A DNA stretch of 62,224 nt, the filler included. It is 12 parts of 12 records of this genome, joined end to end, with 100 filler letters (N's around TTAATTAATTAA, not from the genome) between each part and the next. Parts side by side here need not be neighbours in the genome. Positions count along the whole stretch, not along the records: positions 31,534 to 34,970 come from SRR15195285_2141; positions 35,071 to 47,435 come from SRR15195285_2144; 10 more parts are not named here. One strand, 5' to 3'. Below are positions 32,369-45,740 of this stretch, piece after piece. Made by a program: the position numbers and the translations under genes. Every line of letters starts with the position of its first letter. Positions within the stretch are counted from its first letter, which is position 1. The notes beneath the pieces were generated by a model. That model saw only the letters and a list, made by a program, of their open reading frames with translations, did no database searches and was not told the origin of the DNA.

Positions 32369-34471
32369 TTAACCCTTGCTCATCCGGTGTGCGGCCGCAA
32401 TAGCTAATCCAGTCTTCTTCCATCGTCGTTTCGCCTTAGATGCGCCAGGACGCAGGCCTGCCAACAGCCACGCAACACAATGAGTATGCAGGAAAGAAAT
32501 TAGCATCTCTTCGCGTGCAAACTGATCTGCGCGCTACTTGCAAAACAGCTAGCCAAGACCGGCAATTCATGGCGCAATACCGTTGAGTCGCTTAAACGAG
32601 TGCACCAGTTGCTTTGTTGTCGGCCGCCGGTTGCGCTCTTCAGCGCAGCAGCGGCGCAACAGCGCGCCTATCTCAGGCTCGGCCTTCTCTACCTTGGCGA
32701 GCACGTCATTCATCTCGCGCCGCATAGCTCGAACCCCTTACACCAGCATCAACGCACATGTGCAGAAACATACACATAGCTCCAGTGAGCAAATCGGGCT
32801 CCGTTTGAGTTGTCAAGCAGCGCACGTAGATGAGACGAAACATACCCTCTGGGCCAACCTCATCGACACCTTCGTATTCATCGAAAGTTGGGCCGATGGA
32901 GCCAACCCACAATTCAAGCAGCGTCACGCCCGCTGAGAACACATCAGAGAGTACATCAGCGGTACCCTTTTGCTCCACTTCGATCGCCATGTAACCCGGT
33001 GTGCCCGCAACCTCATTCCCTGTTCCATGCAACGCACCGCGCGGCCACGTTGCGCTCACCTATAGCGCACTTAGGTACCACTGGACACATGCCGACTCGT
33101 ATGCACTCACGACTCGAGCAAACATCTGCAGCCGCGGCCTCGCCGAAGTCCATCAGCTTGAGGAGAAGGCCCTCCTTCAGCTCGGTATCACCCACGTGCA
33201 GCAGCATGTTCGCTGGCTTGATATCTCGGTGGACAACACTTGCACTCTCCAGCTCACGAAGGGACCGGGCAAGGTCGAGGCCTAAGCGCAGCTTCAGTTC
33301 GCGCGGCATCACGTACGCCCAGACGTCATGGCCATCTACGGTCACGTACTGATTGCGCACAGATGCCCCAGTATCTACGCCGTTGTCGCCTAGCTCAAAC
33401 ACAACAGCAGGTTAGAAGCCGTGCACCATGCTGTAGAATGATCAGCCAGGGGTGGGCTGGCGTGGGTTAGAGCGTCGCACGTAAGCAGACCCAGTGCTCC
33501 TCTGCGTGAATCTCGTCGTGCATGTCGCCGTCACAGTTGACGCGCTCCATTACAATGCGCAGCTGGGCACGCTTACGATTCTTCGTCAAGTTGTATGCGA
33601 TACCGAACATTCGCAACACACGAGATGTCCGTTTGCCGGTGCGGGTTTTCCAGGACGCCAGCCACCCCATTCGCACTTCATTCTCAAAATCCCTAAGCAC
33701 CGTCCGATGGCCGCGTGTTCGGGCGGCCAAAGTTTTGACCGCGACTTCCACCTCTTCACCATTAATCTCTGCAACCGCGTCTTTGACTACGCCAAACGCG
33801 CCGCGGCTGATCTCCTTGCCGAGCGTTAGGCCCTCCGTTGGGAGCCAGGGGATCCCCTCCAGCTGCAGCTGACGGAACGATGTGTCCACGGCGGCGTGGA
33901 ACGCTTCCAGCTTGGCCTGTTGTTCGATGCGCTTCGCGTCCGCGGTGCTCTGCGGTGGGGTGCCCCCAAACCATTCGTCGTCACTCGAGCCGCTGCGAGC
34001 ATCGGCCGCAGCGCCCTCGGCAGCCCAAGCGTCTCCGACTTCAGGCTCCGGCTCCGGCTCGGGCAAGGCCTCCGATTCGGCCGCACCAAGCTGGTGCAAA
34101 GCGACCTCGGGGCCAAACTCGGCGCCGCCGTGCGGTCCAGCCTGATCGAAGAATGCTGCCGCTTCCGCACCCGCCGGTCGGCCAGCGGACGTGCCGCCCT
34201 TGACAGCCTTGGGCGCCTTAGTGCCTTGCTGGCGCCCTGCATCGCGCGACCGCCGCCTGCGGTTGAACAGCTCGGCCTGCTTCGGCCGTTTCTTCTTCGC
34301 CGTCAAGTGCACCCCGCCAACGAACAGGTCGAGCGAAGTGGCACTGCCGACGCCGTGCATGGAAATGTTCGCCACTCCCAACGGACCTGCTTCTCCCAGC
34401 CCGCCACCGCCACCGCGCTTCGTCCTCCGCCCCCTCGGCTGTTTGGGCCGCTCACACACGCCACTGCCCAC
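32369..34471 (-). CDS. Divergent Ser/Thr protein kinase, 5 exons, with a C-terminal calmodulin-binding-like helix
   Basis: Motifs ISRGAFGVV, VAVK, FENE, HRDIKPAN, DFG, GTPGYMAIE, SDVFSAG and RRPT. The last exon (32457-32369) encodes ..SKAKRRWKKTGLAIAAAHRMSKG*. Confidence 0.85.
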
Positions 34472-34623
34472 CCATCCTCAGCACCACGCCCCTAGCGCCT
34501 GCATCTCAGCACCCTCAAGGAAGAAGCTCCCGAGGGCCAATCGCGCCCACGGCTCGCGCTCACCCAGCCTGCCTGCCTCAGCGCCAGCCCACCGCCGCCA
34601 CCCTCCTCCCGCAGCGCTGCCGA

Positions 34624-34667
34624 CCAGCCGCTCCACTGCTACCGGCCAGCCGCTCCACTGCTACCGG
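34624..34667. repeat. 22-nt tandem duplication CCAGCCGCTCCACTGCTACCGG x2 upstream of the kinase
   Basis: Read directly from the sequence. Confidence 0.85.
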
Positions 34668-35374
34668 CCAGCCCCACAGCAACAACAACCGGCGCTGTGC
34701 AGAGTCAGGCAGGCAGTGTGTGCGGGTGCTAGCGCAGCGAGGGGCTCGTACCGCAGGTGCAGGTGGTGCTGCGCTGCTGCCGTGCGTGGTCGGTGTGGCG
34801 TATATACCGCGGCTACCGCGTATTAGGCGTCGCCACATGCATGGCCCAATGCTACTGCGCACAGCGCTGCAGCTGTACTGGTACGTAGCGGCCTACCGAT
34901 ACGCGATAGAATGCCGGCGATTCCAAAATTGTCAGATGCCTCTATTGCTCGTGAGGTAGGATAGCCAGGCNNNNNNNNNNNNNNNNNNNNNNNNNNNNNN
35001 NNNNNNNNNNNNNNTTAATTAATTAANNNNNNNNNNNNNNNNNNNNNNNNNNNNNNNNNNNNNNNNNNNNGGCTGCGCCTCCGTGGGCTGATAGATAGAG
35101 CGCCTCGGCGGCAGCCCGGCCTCAAAGCGCCGAGAGTGGACACGGTGGCTGCGCTCGCAGAGCATCCTGTTGCATCAGGGGACACTCCTCCTGCGTGCAG
35201 TGAGAGAGGTCGCCGTCTGATACCCGCCCGGGGGAGGGCTCCCGTCCCGCAAGTGCCTCAGCCACCACAGTCGGTCTCAACGCGTTAGGCCTGATTTAGG
35301 GTCGAGTTTGGGTGCTGTAGAGCTGACCTGGACTGTGCTGGAGAGGGTTTCCCTGCCCGGGTCCACAATTGGCC

Positions 35375-38300
35375 ATGGAGCCGGGACCACGCCCCTTTGT
35401 GTTGCGCGTGCCTCCGCTCAAGGAGCCGCCAGCCGAGGAGAAGGCAGCATGGGAGAGCTACCTGCAAGCCGTGAATGCCAAGGGCTGGGGGGGCGTGCAG
35501 GCCGGGCTGTCCCACGCCAGGGAGGGCGCGGCCACCTGGGAAGCAGTGCTAGAGACGATCGGTACAGTTGAGAGGGCGATCGAGGGCGAGAGAGCACCCC
35601 TCACGGAGGCCATAGGCAGCGCGCAGGCGGAGAATCTCGTCTCGCAGCTCGCGCTTCGGGTGCTCCTTGCCAAAGCGGAATGCCTCGAGCAGCTAGGCCG
35701 CTGGGAAGACTGCCTTGAATGCTACTCGACGATCGAAGGTGATGGGGAAGACGCGGAGCTTTACTTCAAGCGCGGCTGCTGCTACTACTACACCGGCAAC
35801 GCTGGAGCTGCAGACAGCAACTTCGAGCTCGCGGTAGTGAAAGACCCTGCCATACAAAGTCAGATCGACGCAGTGAAAATAGAACCGTGCCTCCAGAGAG
35901 GAGGTGGGTCTGCACCCCCGCAAAATCCTGGCGAGATCGGCGCTGAAATGATCGGTCCCATGCGGCCAGGAGAATCTCGGCCCGTGTATGACGCCGCGTT
36001 CGATGCTTCAGCGTTGCACGAAGACACGCATCTAGAACAAGCTCTTCAGGCCTCACTGAAAGAAGACCATTTTTCTGCTGGTGGTGCTTCAGATACCTCA
36101 CCACCGTCGTCCAAATCTGCCTGGTTCGACCTGCCTGCCAGTGCCGATGAGTTGGAAGCTAGCCTGACGGACTGCTTAAGTGAGGCGTCACAGCTGCCGC
36201 AGTGTGGGCGTCAGCCATGGTCGGCCATGGTGCCAGAGGAGCGCGAAGCACTGGCGCTGCTCGGCTGGACAGAGCAGACCTGGGAGACTGCGGCTTACAA
36301 AGCTCCGTGGAAAACGCTTACTGAGGATGAACGCACAGCTGCCCTGCAACTTGGTTTCAATGCAGCTTCTTGGGTCTGGATGAAATTTCGCGAGTGGTTG
36401 CCTCAGCTTGTAGCGCACGTTATTCTACGTAAGCGTCAGCCCACATGGGAGGAGAGCATGATCAAGCTTAACTTGGAAGGTGTGGCTGCTGCCGAGGAGT
36501 ATGAGAGTGTTCACCGAAGGTTAATTGACTCTTCGATCCGAGTGCTTGTCGAGGCTCTCGGTCGTAGATACCAGTGGGCGACCGGCTGTCTATGCCAGTT
36601 GCTGGACAATAAGCAAGAGGGACTGTACACATGCCAGAAATGGTCTAAAGCGACCGGCAAACTAGAAGAGCACGGGGCGCCACAATTGCACATGGGAGCA
36701 GTTAGTGCGTTTATAGGATCTCACGGCGTAGCGCGAATCGCTGAGGTGTTTGAACGGACCACGCAACTAGACGACGGCTTGCTGCCAATCCTCGAATTGC
36801 TCGTAATGGTTCACGCGAACGTTAATGGAGCAGATGTCCCTGATGATCTCAGCAAAGACACTGCGCGTGTAGTCACAGTATGCGTCGACAAACTGGCAGC
36901 GCAAGTATCGGAAGACCACAGCGGCACTCTATTACTGCTGCAACAGCTGCTGAAGTTGAAACTTGGTAGAGACGCTGGGGTACAGCTGTGGAAAGATTTG
37001 TGCATGCGAGACCTGGGTTCAGACAAGTATCTTGCGCGAGTAAACGCCCTTGAACAACTGGTAAAGCTAGCAGATAGCACCGATGCTGGGTTGACAGCGC
37101 TAGAGTTTACCGATTGGGTAGAGTCAAGCAATGTTTATCATCAAGTGTTCGGTGAGAAAATGCCGCTAGATAAGCCAGAGTACAAGCAGAGGGCCAAAGA
37201 ATTTTTCCTGCATGCAAAACTGGCTCACAGCGAGGCAACATTTGTGCACTGGATGAATCTACTGCTGCCAAAACTTAGCGCCAGCGTCGTTCAGGACCTT
37301 GTCATGGAGGTGTGCCTTGATAGCTCGACACCGGTCGAGTTGTGGATACAACTTGTGAAACGATTGGTCGCGATTGTCAAAGGGCAGCGAACAGGATACG
37401 ATGGAGACGAGGAATGCCAGCAATCAGTGTTGGGATTTGTTCCTGTACTTTTTTCCAACGTCGAGCTTGTGGCAAGACGGCATGAAGCTGTGTGCGACTG
37501 CACAGAGCTGCTCAAAGCAGCCATGGACGCATTGGCTAGGCTGCCAGTCCAGACCGAGGAAGCAAATCGTACGCAGCTGCTCTTGTTGAACGCGTACACA
37601 GACATGTGGAATGTTGTGGACGATTCAGACCAGTTCCTCGAGTCCAATGTGCCTCCTGTGGATCCTCCAGATCAAGAGGAGCGTTTATCAGCTGAAGAAT
37701 CGATAGCCAAGCTCGCTGAATTGGAACAAAAGCAGAAGGATGGTAAATTTGTTTCGACGAGCACCCTCAAACGCCTTCGAAAGCAAGTCGATGAGGAAGC
37801 AAATGTCAACTCTGGCCACAAAAAGGTTTCTTTTGCTGGCGAGACTTTCGACGCGCAAGATGCTACAATGGAGCGCGTCAATGGCATCGAGAATCTGCCC
37901 CACTCACAAGACGCTAGTACCCAACATGTGGCCGACAGAAGTGATCCTGCGGTGCCTGAACTGAACCTTCGTGTTGTAGACGGCAGCAAGCAAAGTGATG
38001 GACTGACCTTATCTGAGGAGCAGGTCTTGGAGGAGTGCATGCAGATTTTGGCAGGAAATGAAAGTGGAGCAAGTCGTGGCCAAGTGACTCGTTTGATCCA
38101 AGAGATTAGGCAAAAGGGCGAGGTAGTCTCGACCGAATCGGTTGTGACTAAAATGTTCGATACACCGATGGAGCCAGACGAATCCGCCTCGAGCGCATCC
38201 GTAGACAGCATGCGCGCTGAAAGACTTCGTCAAGAAAGGGAAGCAGCTGCACAGTCTGAACCAAGTCAGTTTCGGGAGGATCTGTCCGACACAAATGCGT

Positions 38301-41300
38301 TCCCCTCACTCTCAGACACTGGTTTGGACACAGGAGACTCCCAGACCATCGAAGAATCGACAGACGATCACGAGAAGTGGAGTGTTTTCGTATGCTCGGG
38401 CCCGAATGGTGAGGATTGGTTTTCTGAAGCGCGCAAGGCACACAAATTGGCAACAGAGACTGACGCAGCTACCGACACGAGACAGACGTGCACTCAAGCT
38501 TCTCGAGCTCTGAAAGCAATAGTTGAACGACTGGCTTTGTTGGAGGAGAACATAGGAGCAGAGAGCGCCGGAGACGTGGTGCACACCGTTCGAACCGAGC
38601 TACTCGAAATGCGTGCCCATTCATTCTTCGGCATTGGTTCTTGGAAACGGTGCATAGAAGACTGCGACAAATATCTTGAAATGGTTGCAAATACAGAAAT
38701 TGAAGAACTTCGTCGCGCGGCTGCGAGACGCAGTTTCGACGATGGTGAAGATGAGGACGAGCCGAGTGGAACCTCCGATGATTCTCGTACAAAACGCAAA
38801 AGAAGTGCTCAAAATTTTGCCAAAGATATGCAAGAGGATCCGGAAGTTGTACAGCAATTGATGCAGATGGGCTTCTCCTTGAACAGCTGCAAAAAAGCTT
38901 CTCGTGCATCCAGGGATCTCGAATCGGCTGCGACTTGGTTAGTGCAACATTCGCAAGATGATGACATTGACGACGACCCTGGAGAGCTCGATGAGGTAGA
39001 CAAAGAGAACGAGGTGAGAGTTGATTTGGACAGCCATGCATCGGCTCAAGCCGATACTGGGATCATTCGTTCAGATGGCACGGTGCTGGAATGCCTCGTG
39101 AGTTATGAAGACACTGCGGACTGGGTGGGCATGGCTGCCTGTGGTCACAAGTTCAGCACTGTTGCTTGGCAAGATTGGATTCGGACTCATCAAGCTAAAC
39201 CGACGCGACTTGTGTGTATGGGCCACGCCTGCAACGAACCAATTCCGACGCACTTCGTCCTGGAGATGGTAGAGCCTGGAGACCGAGAGATGGTCAAGAA
39301 AGCCATTGTAGACCGAGGATCAACTTCTAGCGGCTCAAGTGTCGCCGCTGTAGCAGCTCCGCCGCGACTATTCCATGAGTCATTACGAGATTTACGGGTC
39401 AGATATGCACGCCAGTGCGTCGCCGATATCAATGAACAGTTGCAAGGCGAAGCAGGTTGCATGCCTGAATGTCGACCGATTGCGCTTGATTTTCTTATGG
39501 CTACGATTCAATCTTTTAGCGCCACACAAGTGGATGTGGAGCGACGGGGCAGCTTTATCGAAGACTTGAACGCGGAGAATGATCGCGGCACCACTTTAGT
39601 AGAACTGTTGCTCGTCGAGATTGTTGCATTTGCCAAGTCGTGCGGCGGAGACGTACAGAGACAAGGAGTGAGTTCGCGACTAGAATTGTTGACCCTACTC
39701 CATCGATTCTGCAAGCCGCTGCTACTCAGTTGGGAGATGACTAGTCGACTTTGGGATAATCTGGAAGCCTTGGAATGTCGCACGCTGCTGTTTTCATGGG
39801 TTCGCACGTCCTTGACACATAGCCCCGATATTGAACCGGCTCATGGCGGTGCTTTCGCGTGCTTCACCGCTGATGTGCGCCAACACGTTTTGTCTCGCTT
39901 GGTGGAATTGAGTGCATCACAGCTGGATGTACAGGCGTACCATCTTTTTCAGAATGTAATGATCAGCATCAACGCAGATGCTGGGAAATTGCAAATCGGT
40001 GGCTGGTGTAAAACAGCGACTAATATCAATGTCGGAGACTACTGTGCAAGCTCCGCGATACCTGCAGGCAATGAAAGCGTAGAATTGGTCGATGTTTCAG
40101 GGTCGAACAGTATCGTCGGCATATCTGCTAGCGGTGTCACCAAGGAGCTGCATGGAAGCCGAACAATCCCAAAAGGCCAGGATGGAGAAAAATTGGTCGG
40201 TACCTGGGTAAAGGTTCTGCAGCACGGACAGGTGTGGAAGGACGGACAGTTGACACGTTTTTATTCGAAGGCTGGCAGCTCTCTATATGACATCCGATAC
40301 GTCGATGGTTGTGTCCAAAGACGAAACTTGCAATCGCTGAAGTCATGGATGGTTGTTGATCCACTTGAAACTCAGATGCCCATCGTCATTAATGTCACAG
40401 CTGTAACAGATGGTGACCTTTTGGGCCTAGATGTGCTGTGGCGAGCAGCTGTACAGTCGCCAAATGAGGAAGTTTCCGTGCTTGCTCGGAGCTTACTATT
40501 TCGCCTATATACACAGATGGGAGACACATTGTGTTCAGAGGAGACAATTCAGCTAGCTCTTGACACTGCAGATGCAATGTTGGCTGAGACCATCCGTGAG
40601 TCAATGGGGGTGTCTCACGGCCTTGCCTGCAAAGCGCTTGTGCTGAACAACAACGAGTGGGAAGCTACATTTCAGTGGTTGCAAGATAAGCAGATAGCCG
40701 GGAGTCTAGATATCGAAGCTATGACACCACTGACGCTGGAACAAGCGCAACTTGCCACTGATGCCTTGCCTGCAGATTTACGAGCACGTTTGATTGAGCA
40801 AGTAGAAACTGGGTTGCGTCAATCAATCACGATGATTGAGGCCGGGAATATAGCTTCTGCCGAGCACATAGTGCGGCGGCAGATTGACATTGTGCAAAGC
40901 TTCGTTAATCGGTATCAGAGCAACGGCAAGACAAGACAGCACTTGGTGTCGAGAAGGGGCAGCCCACTCACCGTGAAAGTTCTTGGTGTCAGCATTGATG
41001 TCCATGCGAATATGACATGCAGTGAGCTCCATTCAAAAGTATGCGGCCAGCTACAGGTCGCTGCAAACACACCACTTGAATATGTGAAACACGATAAGAC
41101 GGCAGCTCCATTGGCGTGCACCAGCGTCAGCACGCTTGGACTCGAAGGGGTACAGAATGATTTCGAAATACGCGAGCGTAGAGACAAGATATCTGACCAA
41201 TCTGCAGCCGAGGTCTCTGTAGTGGCTGATCATTTTTGCCCAGGGGAGCTGCTCGCGCAGAGTAGCGCATGGTTTGAGTTGCTATTTGGATTGCTGGGTC

Positions 41301-44300
41301 TAAATGTCTCAGCCGCAACGCGTTCGGCCATTTGGCAATTGCTAATGAGCATTCCAACTATGGCGTGCGAAAAAAAAGAGGTCCTGGACTTTCGCATAAG
41401 CTGGACACCTCTGTCCAGCGTTTTGCGTACAGTTTACGATCTGCAAATTGTAGAGGCGATCATTGACCCACCAAGCGAAGACGTGGATAGCATAGCTGAC
41501 GACTGGTGCCGCGCATTTGTCAGCAATGGCGACCATTTTGCGATGTTCATTGCGTTCATGACCAAGATCGAGACTCACGGAGGAGATTTAGATGACCCGA
41601 CGGCATGTGCTCAGTGTTTGCCTGTGATAATGCGTGTCTTGCATTTCTGCATCCGCAGCGCACTACCCAACAGCGCAAACGATCCGCGCGGCTTGAGCAG
41701 ATCGTTCAGCAGCTCGAGTGCGACAGCTGTATTTGGAACACTTGAAAATTCATTCGGCAGCAACTACCTCAGTGCACTAGTTCAGCACGTATGCTACCTG
41801 ATGAACAAGGCGGTTGCATCTAGGCAAGTACAAGCTATGATTTTTGGTGCCAAAGTGCTTCTAGCTGTGGCTGGGCAGACCGAGGCAACATGTGCGGTGT
41901 TGCGCGTTGGAGTGCCGTTGCTGATTACCTTATTGGTCACCTGCCCTGAGCATGCAGTGCGCACAGAGGCAGTCGACGTGCTGCATAGCATTGCATTGAT
42001 ATCTGAGGAAGCTGGAATGAGCATTATGCAGCAAGTGCGAAGCACGCCTCTATCTGAAGATTGTGCCGAACTGTGTGATGAGTACTTTGATCTACTGCGA
42101 CAGCTGCAGCGCAGCCTGCCCTCTACCCGTCAGAACCTAGCCGCACGCTTGGTAGCTGACCTACAAGAGACGTGTAGTGCTGGTATGGAACATCAACAAG
42201 ACAATGAGAAATCGATCGCATGTCGTATCGATCTGCTGCGAGATATTTGCGAGCAGGATGGCACTGTTCGAGATACTGTTGCTACTGCAAAACTCATACA
42301 GCTGCTGTGGTCGCGGTGCTTGATGGCCACTGCAAGTGAAGACGCAGACCTGGTGCCCATTTGCCGCACCACTGTTGGTCGCCAGGCAGTATGTGCCTTG
42401 CTGATCCACGTCGTTTGCACGCCCCTAGATTCTATTCCACTCTCAGACTCGCCACCCCTAGAAGCTTTGGTGAAGTTGGTGTGGGACTTTGTGTCTTCCA
42501 CAAAGGCTCCAATGCAACGTGATGGCGAGTCCCCGGAATTCGACTATGATCCCGAGCAACGCACTGGGTATGGGGACTCGACAACAACCAAGCTACGGAA
42601 TTTGACGGACTTGGCTGGACTGACTAATCAGGGCAACACTTGCTACATGAACAGCGTACTGCAGCAGCTCTATGGATCTCGCGAGGTACGCCGGGCTGTG
42701 CTTGATGCCCCGCTAGGCTTGCGAGTCCGAGTGGAAAATCGTTCGGAGTCTATGCAGTCTGGTGTGGAAGTCGTGCTGCAGGCAGATGACATGGAGCCGC
42801 TCTGTCTCACCGGCGATCACGGTTTGGCTTTCAACGGGATAACTGAGCTCACGTCGACGCTCCCGGAAGGACGCTATACGATGAGAGTTTCGTGTGCCAG
42901 CAAGGTGACTTCGCAAGAGCACGTTCTTGGGACAGGGTTGCATTCAATTGTACTGTCAGACCGAGATGGCAACGTAGAGCAACAGATTCGCTCACAGCCG
43001 ATTGTAACCGAATTGCATCGCTGCTTCTGGTTTCTAGAATATGGTGCAGCTGCTTGTGTAGACACGTCGTCTTTGTGCAATTCTCTGCATGCATGCTGTA
43101 GCCCATCTGGCGCGTCGTACTTGGAGTACCCAATCCGCTCTCAAAACGACGCGGCGGAGTTCCTAGGAAAGATTGTCGATACTCTGGGAGAAGACATGAA
43201 GGGCTCTAAGGCCGCAGCCAGCCTCAAAGATTTGCTGACAAGCACCAAAGTTGTAGAGAAGCAGTGTTTAGAGTGCAAAACTGTCAGCCACAGTGCAGAA
43301 GATCACGCTGTTCTACTGTCTGTGACTATTGAGACCCCCGAGCTAGAAAAGCTGGGCTCTCTAGAGCAGGCGCTAGAGTCTGCGGCGAAGCCCGAAATTT
43401 TAAGTGGCACGAACGCTGTGGACTGTGACAAATGTGGCAAGAAGTGTCCAACAAGCCGTAGCTCGTTGGCCAAAAAACTTCCACGAGTATTGCTCGTACA
43501 TCTGACTCGATTTGTACAGAACATGTATGGAGAGTATCACAAAGCAAATCATCGTGTGACATTTCCGCAAAGGCTCGATATGCGCCCATACACTACAACA
43601 TCTGCGGATCGCGATGTCAGCGAACCGCCAGCATGGTACGAATTGACTGGCGTAGTGCTTCATTCTGGTACCCAGCGTGCAGGCCATTACACATCATTAG
43701 TCAAGCACAACGGACAATGGATAACTTTTGATGATCAGCACGCTTCACTGTTCGAGGGTGACTTGGAGGATGTGTGCTTCGGGGGAGAGGAGCAAGTAAC
43801 ACAAAGCTGGGGCACAAATCGAACAAGCAAGCGAGAAAAGTCCAAGAATGCCTACATTTTGATGTATCAGCGTGAGGAGTGGAAGCCTGATGGGGGCACC
43901 TGCTGCAGCGGTTACAACGACAGCGGCGGTGGCCCCGGGGTTCAGATCCAGATATCCCAGGGACTGGAATCGGCAGCGGAAGGCGAGACACCAGATCCAG
44001 CGACGTGGGCTGCGCGCCGTACGCTGCGCGATGCTTCGCAGAAGCAGAAGCAGACACTGCAGCGACAGCAACGCCTGTTCAACTCGGAGGTATTGGAGTT
44101 AATTCGCTCATTATGCTCGTTTGGTCTTGGCAAGCCAGACCCACCTGAACCTGATTCGGATGCAAATATGGAGCCAGAACCAGAATTAGATTCCGATGCA
44201 GAGCAAGAATTCAAAACCGCAAATCAGGTGGAACAAGCGTCGATGGAGCGTACAGAGGCTGCAGTGGAAGATTCTGAACCAACCGAATTGGAATCTAGAC

Positions 44301-45740
44301 TGCTACACCTAGCCACAGTAACTTTTGTGCACACCGTCTGTCGTTACAAGGATCACGCTGGAATTGGTGAATGGTCCACCCTCCTCGGGCACTGGCTTTC
44401 TCAACCGAAATATCTGAACATTGCACGGTGGCTGATCTTGCGCGTTGGCAGCGAGGATGGCTGGGAAGAAGCAAACGCTCTGATCGTTCCTGTGGTACCG
44501 AAGTCATATTCGGCGAGAAATGGGTTTTGTGCAGTTTTGCGCGCAGCAGTAGATGCCGTTCGCAGACAGCGTGGCGAGCAAGAAGATGCCGTGGAGGCAA
44601 CAGTTGTTGAACCTGTCTCAGACCAAACTGGTGATGAAACCTCACAACTGAGCGATGCAGAAGTGGAGCCAGTTGCCTCGACTGCTCCAGGCTCGCCATC
44701 AGAGTCTAAAACAGACTCAGAAGAACAGGTTGGCCCGGTTGGCACGTCTGAAGACGATGCAGATAGTGCAGGCGAGCTTAGCGCTGATGACCGCGCGCTC
44801 AACAACGCTCTTGCTGCTGTTCGCAAACATCTTGCGAAACATGATGCTAGCGTCAACGCCAGAACGGGTGCTGCAGGTGGCGCAGGTCGTCGCAACGCTG
44901 TTGGGCCGGACGCAATATGCCCTCCTGTGCCACCACTCCTGTTAATGGACCGCACTGTGGACGCAGATCCGCTGGCCCCAATATCTGTCAAAATCGAAAA
45001 CCATGACAGCAAGCCTATGCGACTTTCTGGGCAGCCTAGTCCTGATCGAGACTGGAGCTATCTGCACACGATTGCGCCAGGTTCTCAGTTCGCGTTCGAA
45101 AAGAACCAGATGTCGACTTTCAAAGGATTAGTTGCTGGTGTTGGGGAGTACACATGGAAGCGAAAGTTGTCGGAAGAAGGTCCTGTTGTCTTCAACAAGC
45201 GGAACTATACTGGTGAGATATCCCTCGGGTTTGGGCTCTGTTTTCGATCATCTCTCGCACGCTTGCCTGTGTATATTTTGTGCTTTTTGCCTGACTCGAA
45301 GTTGCGCTGCTGTCTGACTTCAGGCTTCAGTCCAGATAACAAAGGAGCTGGTGGGGAGACAACGGCACACCCGCCGATGACGCTGGACGCCGCAGCAGCT
45401 GCAACCACCGATGCTGGCGGTGGGCTGGACTCAATGCCATCAACCGCTGGTAGCAGCCACAAGACAGACCCAACACCAGAAGAGGAGACAATCATTTCCC
45501 AAGCCATTGAAATGCTCTTCTGCGATCGTCAAGCTGTGGTGCGCTCCTCTGGCCACCTTTGAGCTGAGTCCCAAACCCTCACGGGGCTACACGTTCTAGC
45601 TGACGTGGATACCTTGTCTTTACGTGGATACCTTGTCTTTGTGTTGTGTTGGTCAGTTGACAGTGATAGAGAATCTTAAGATCGCTGACAAGATAATTGG
45701 CCCCGAGATCGTCTTTGATACCTTGTTGTCTTCGCTATGA
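35375..45740 (+). CDS. Giant ubiquitin-specific protease (peptidase C19, USP9/24/34-like scaffold) with TPR, UIM, UBA, degenerate RING, Tudor-like and UBL modules
   Basis: Cys box GLTNQGNTCYMNSVLQQL, QNDAAEF, two CxxC pairs, and His box GVVLHSG..GHYTS..WITFDD..NAYILMY. The first exon is ~9.8 kb. Probable introns 45213-45323 and 45539-45656; the last exon ends ..DTLLSSL* at 45740. Confidence 0.92.
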
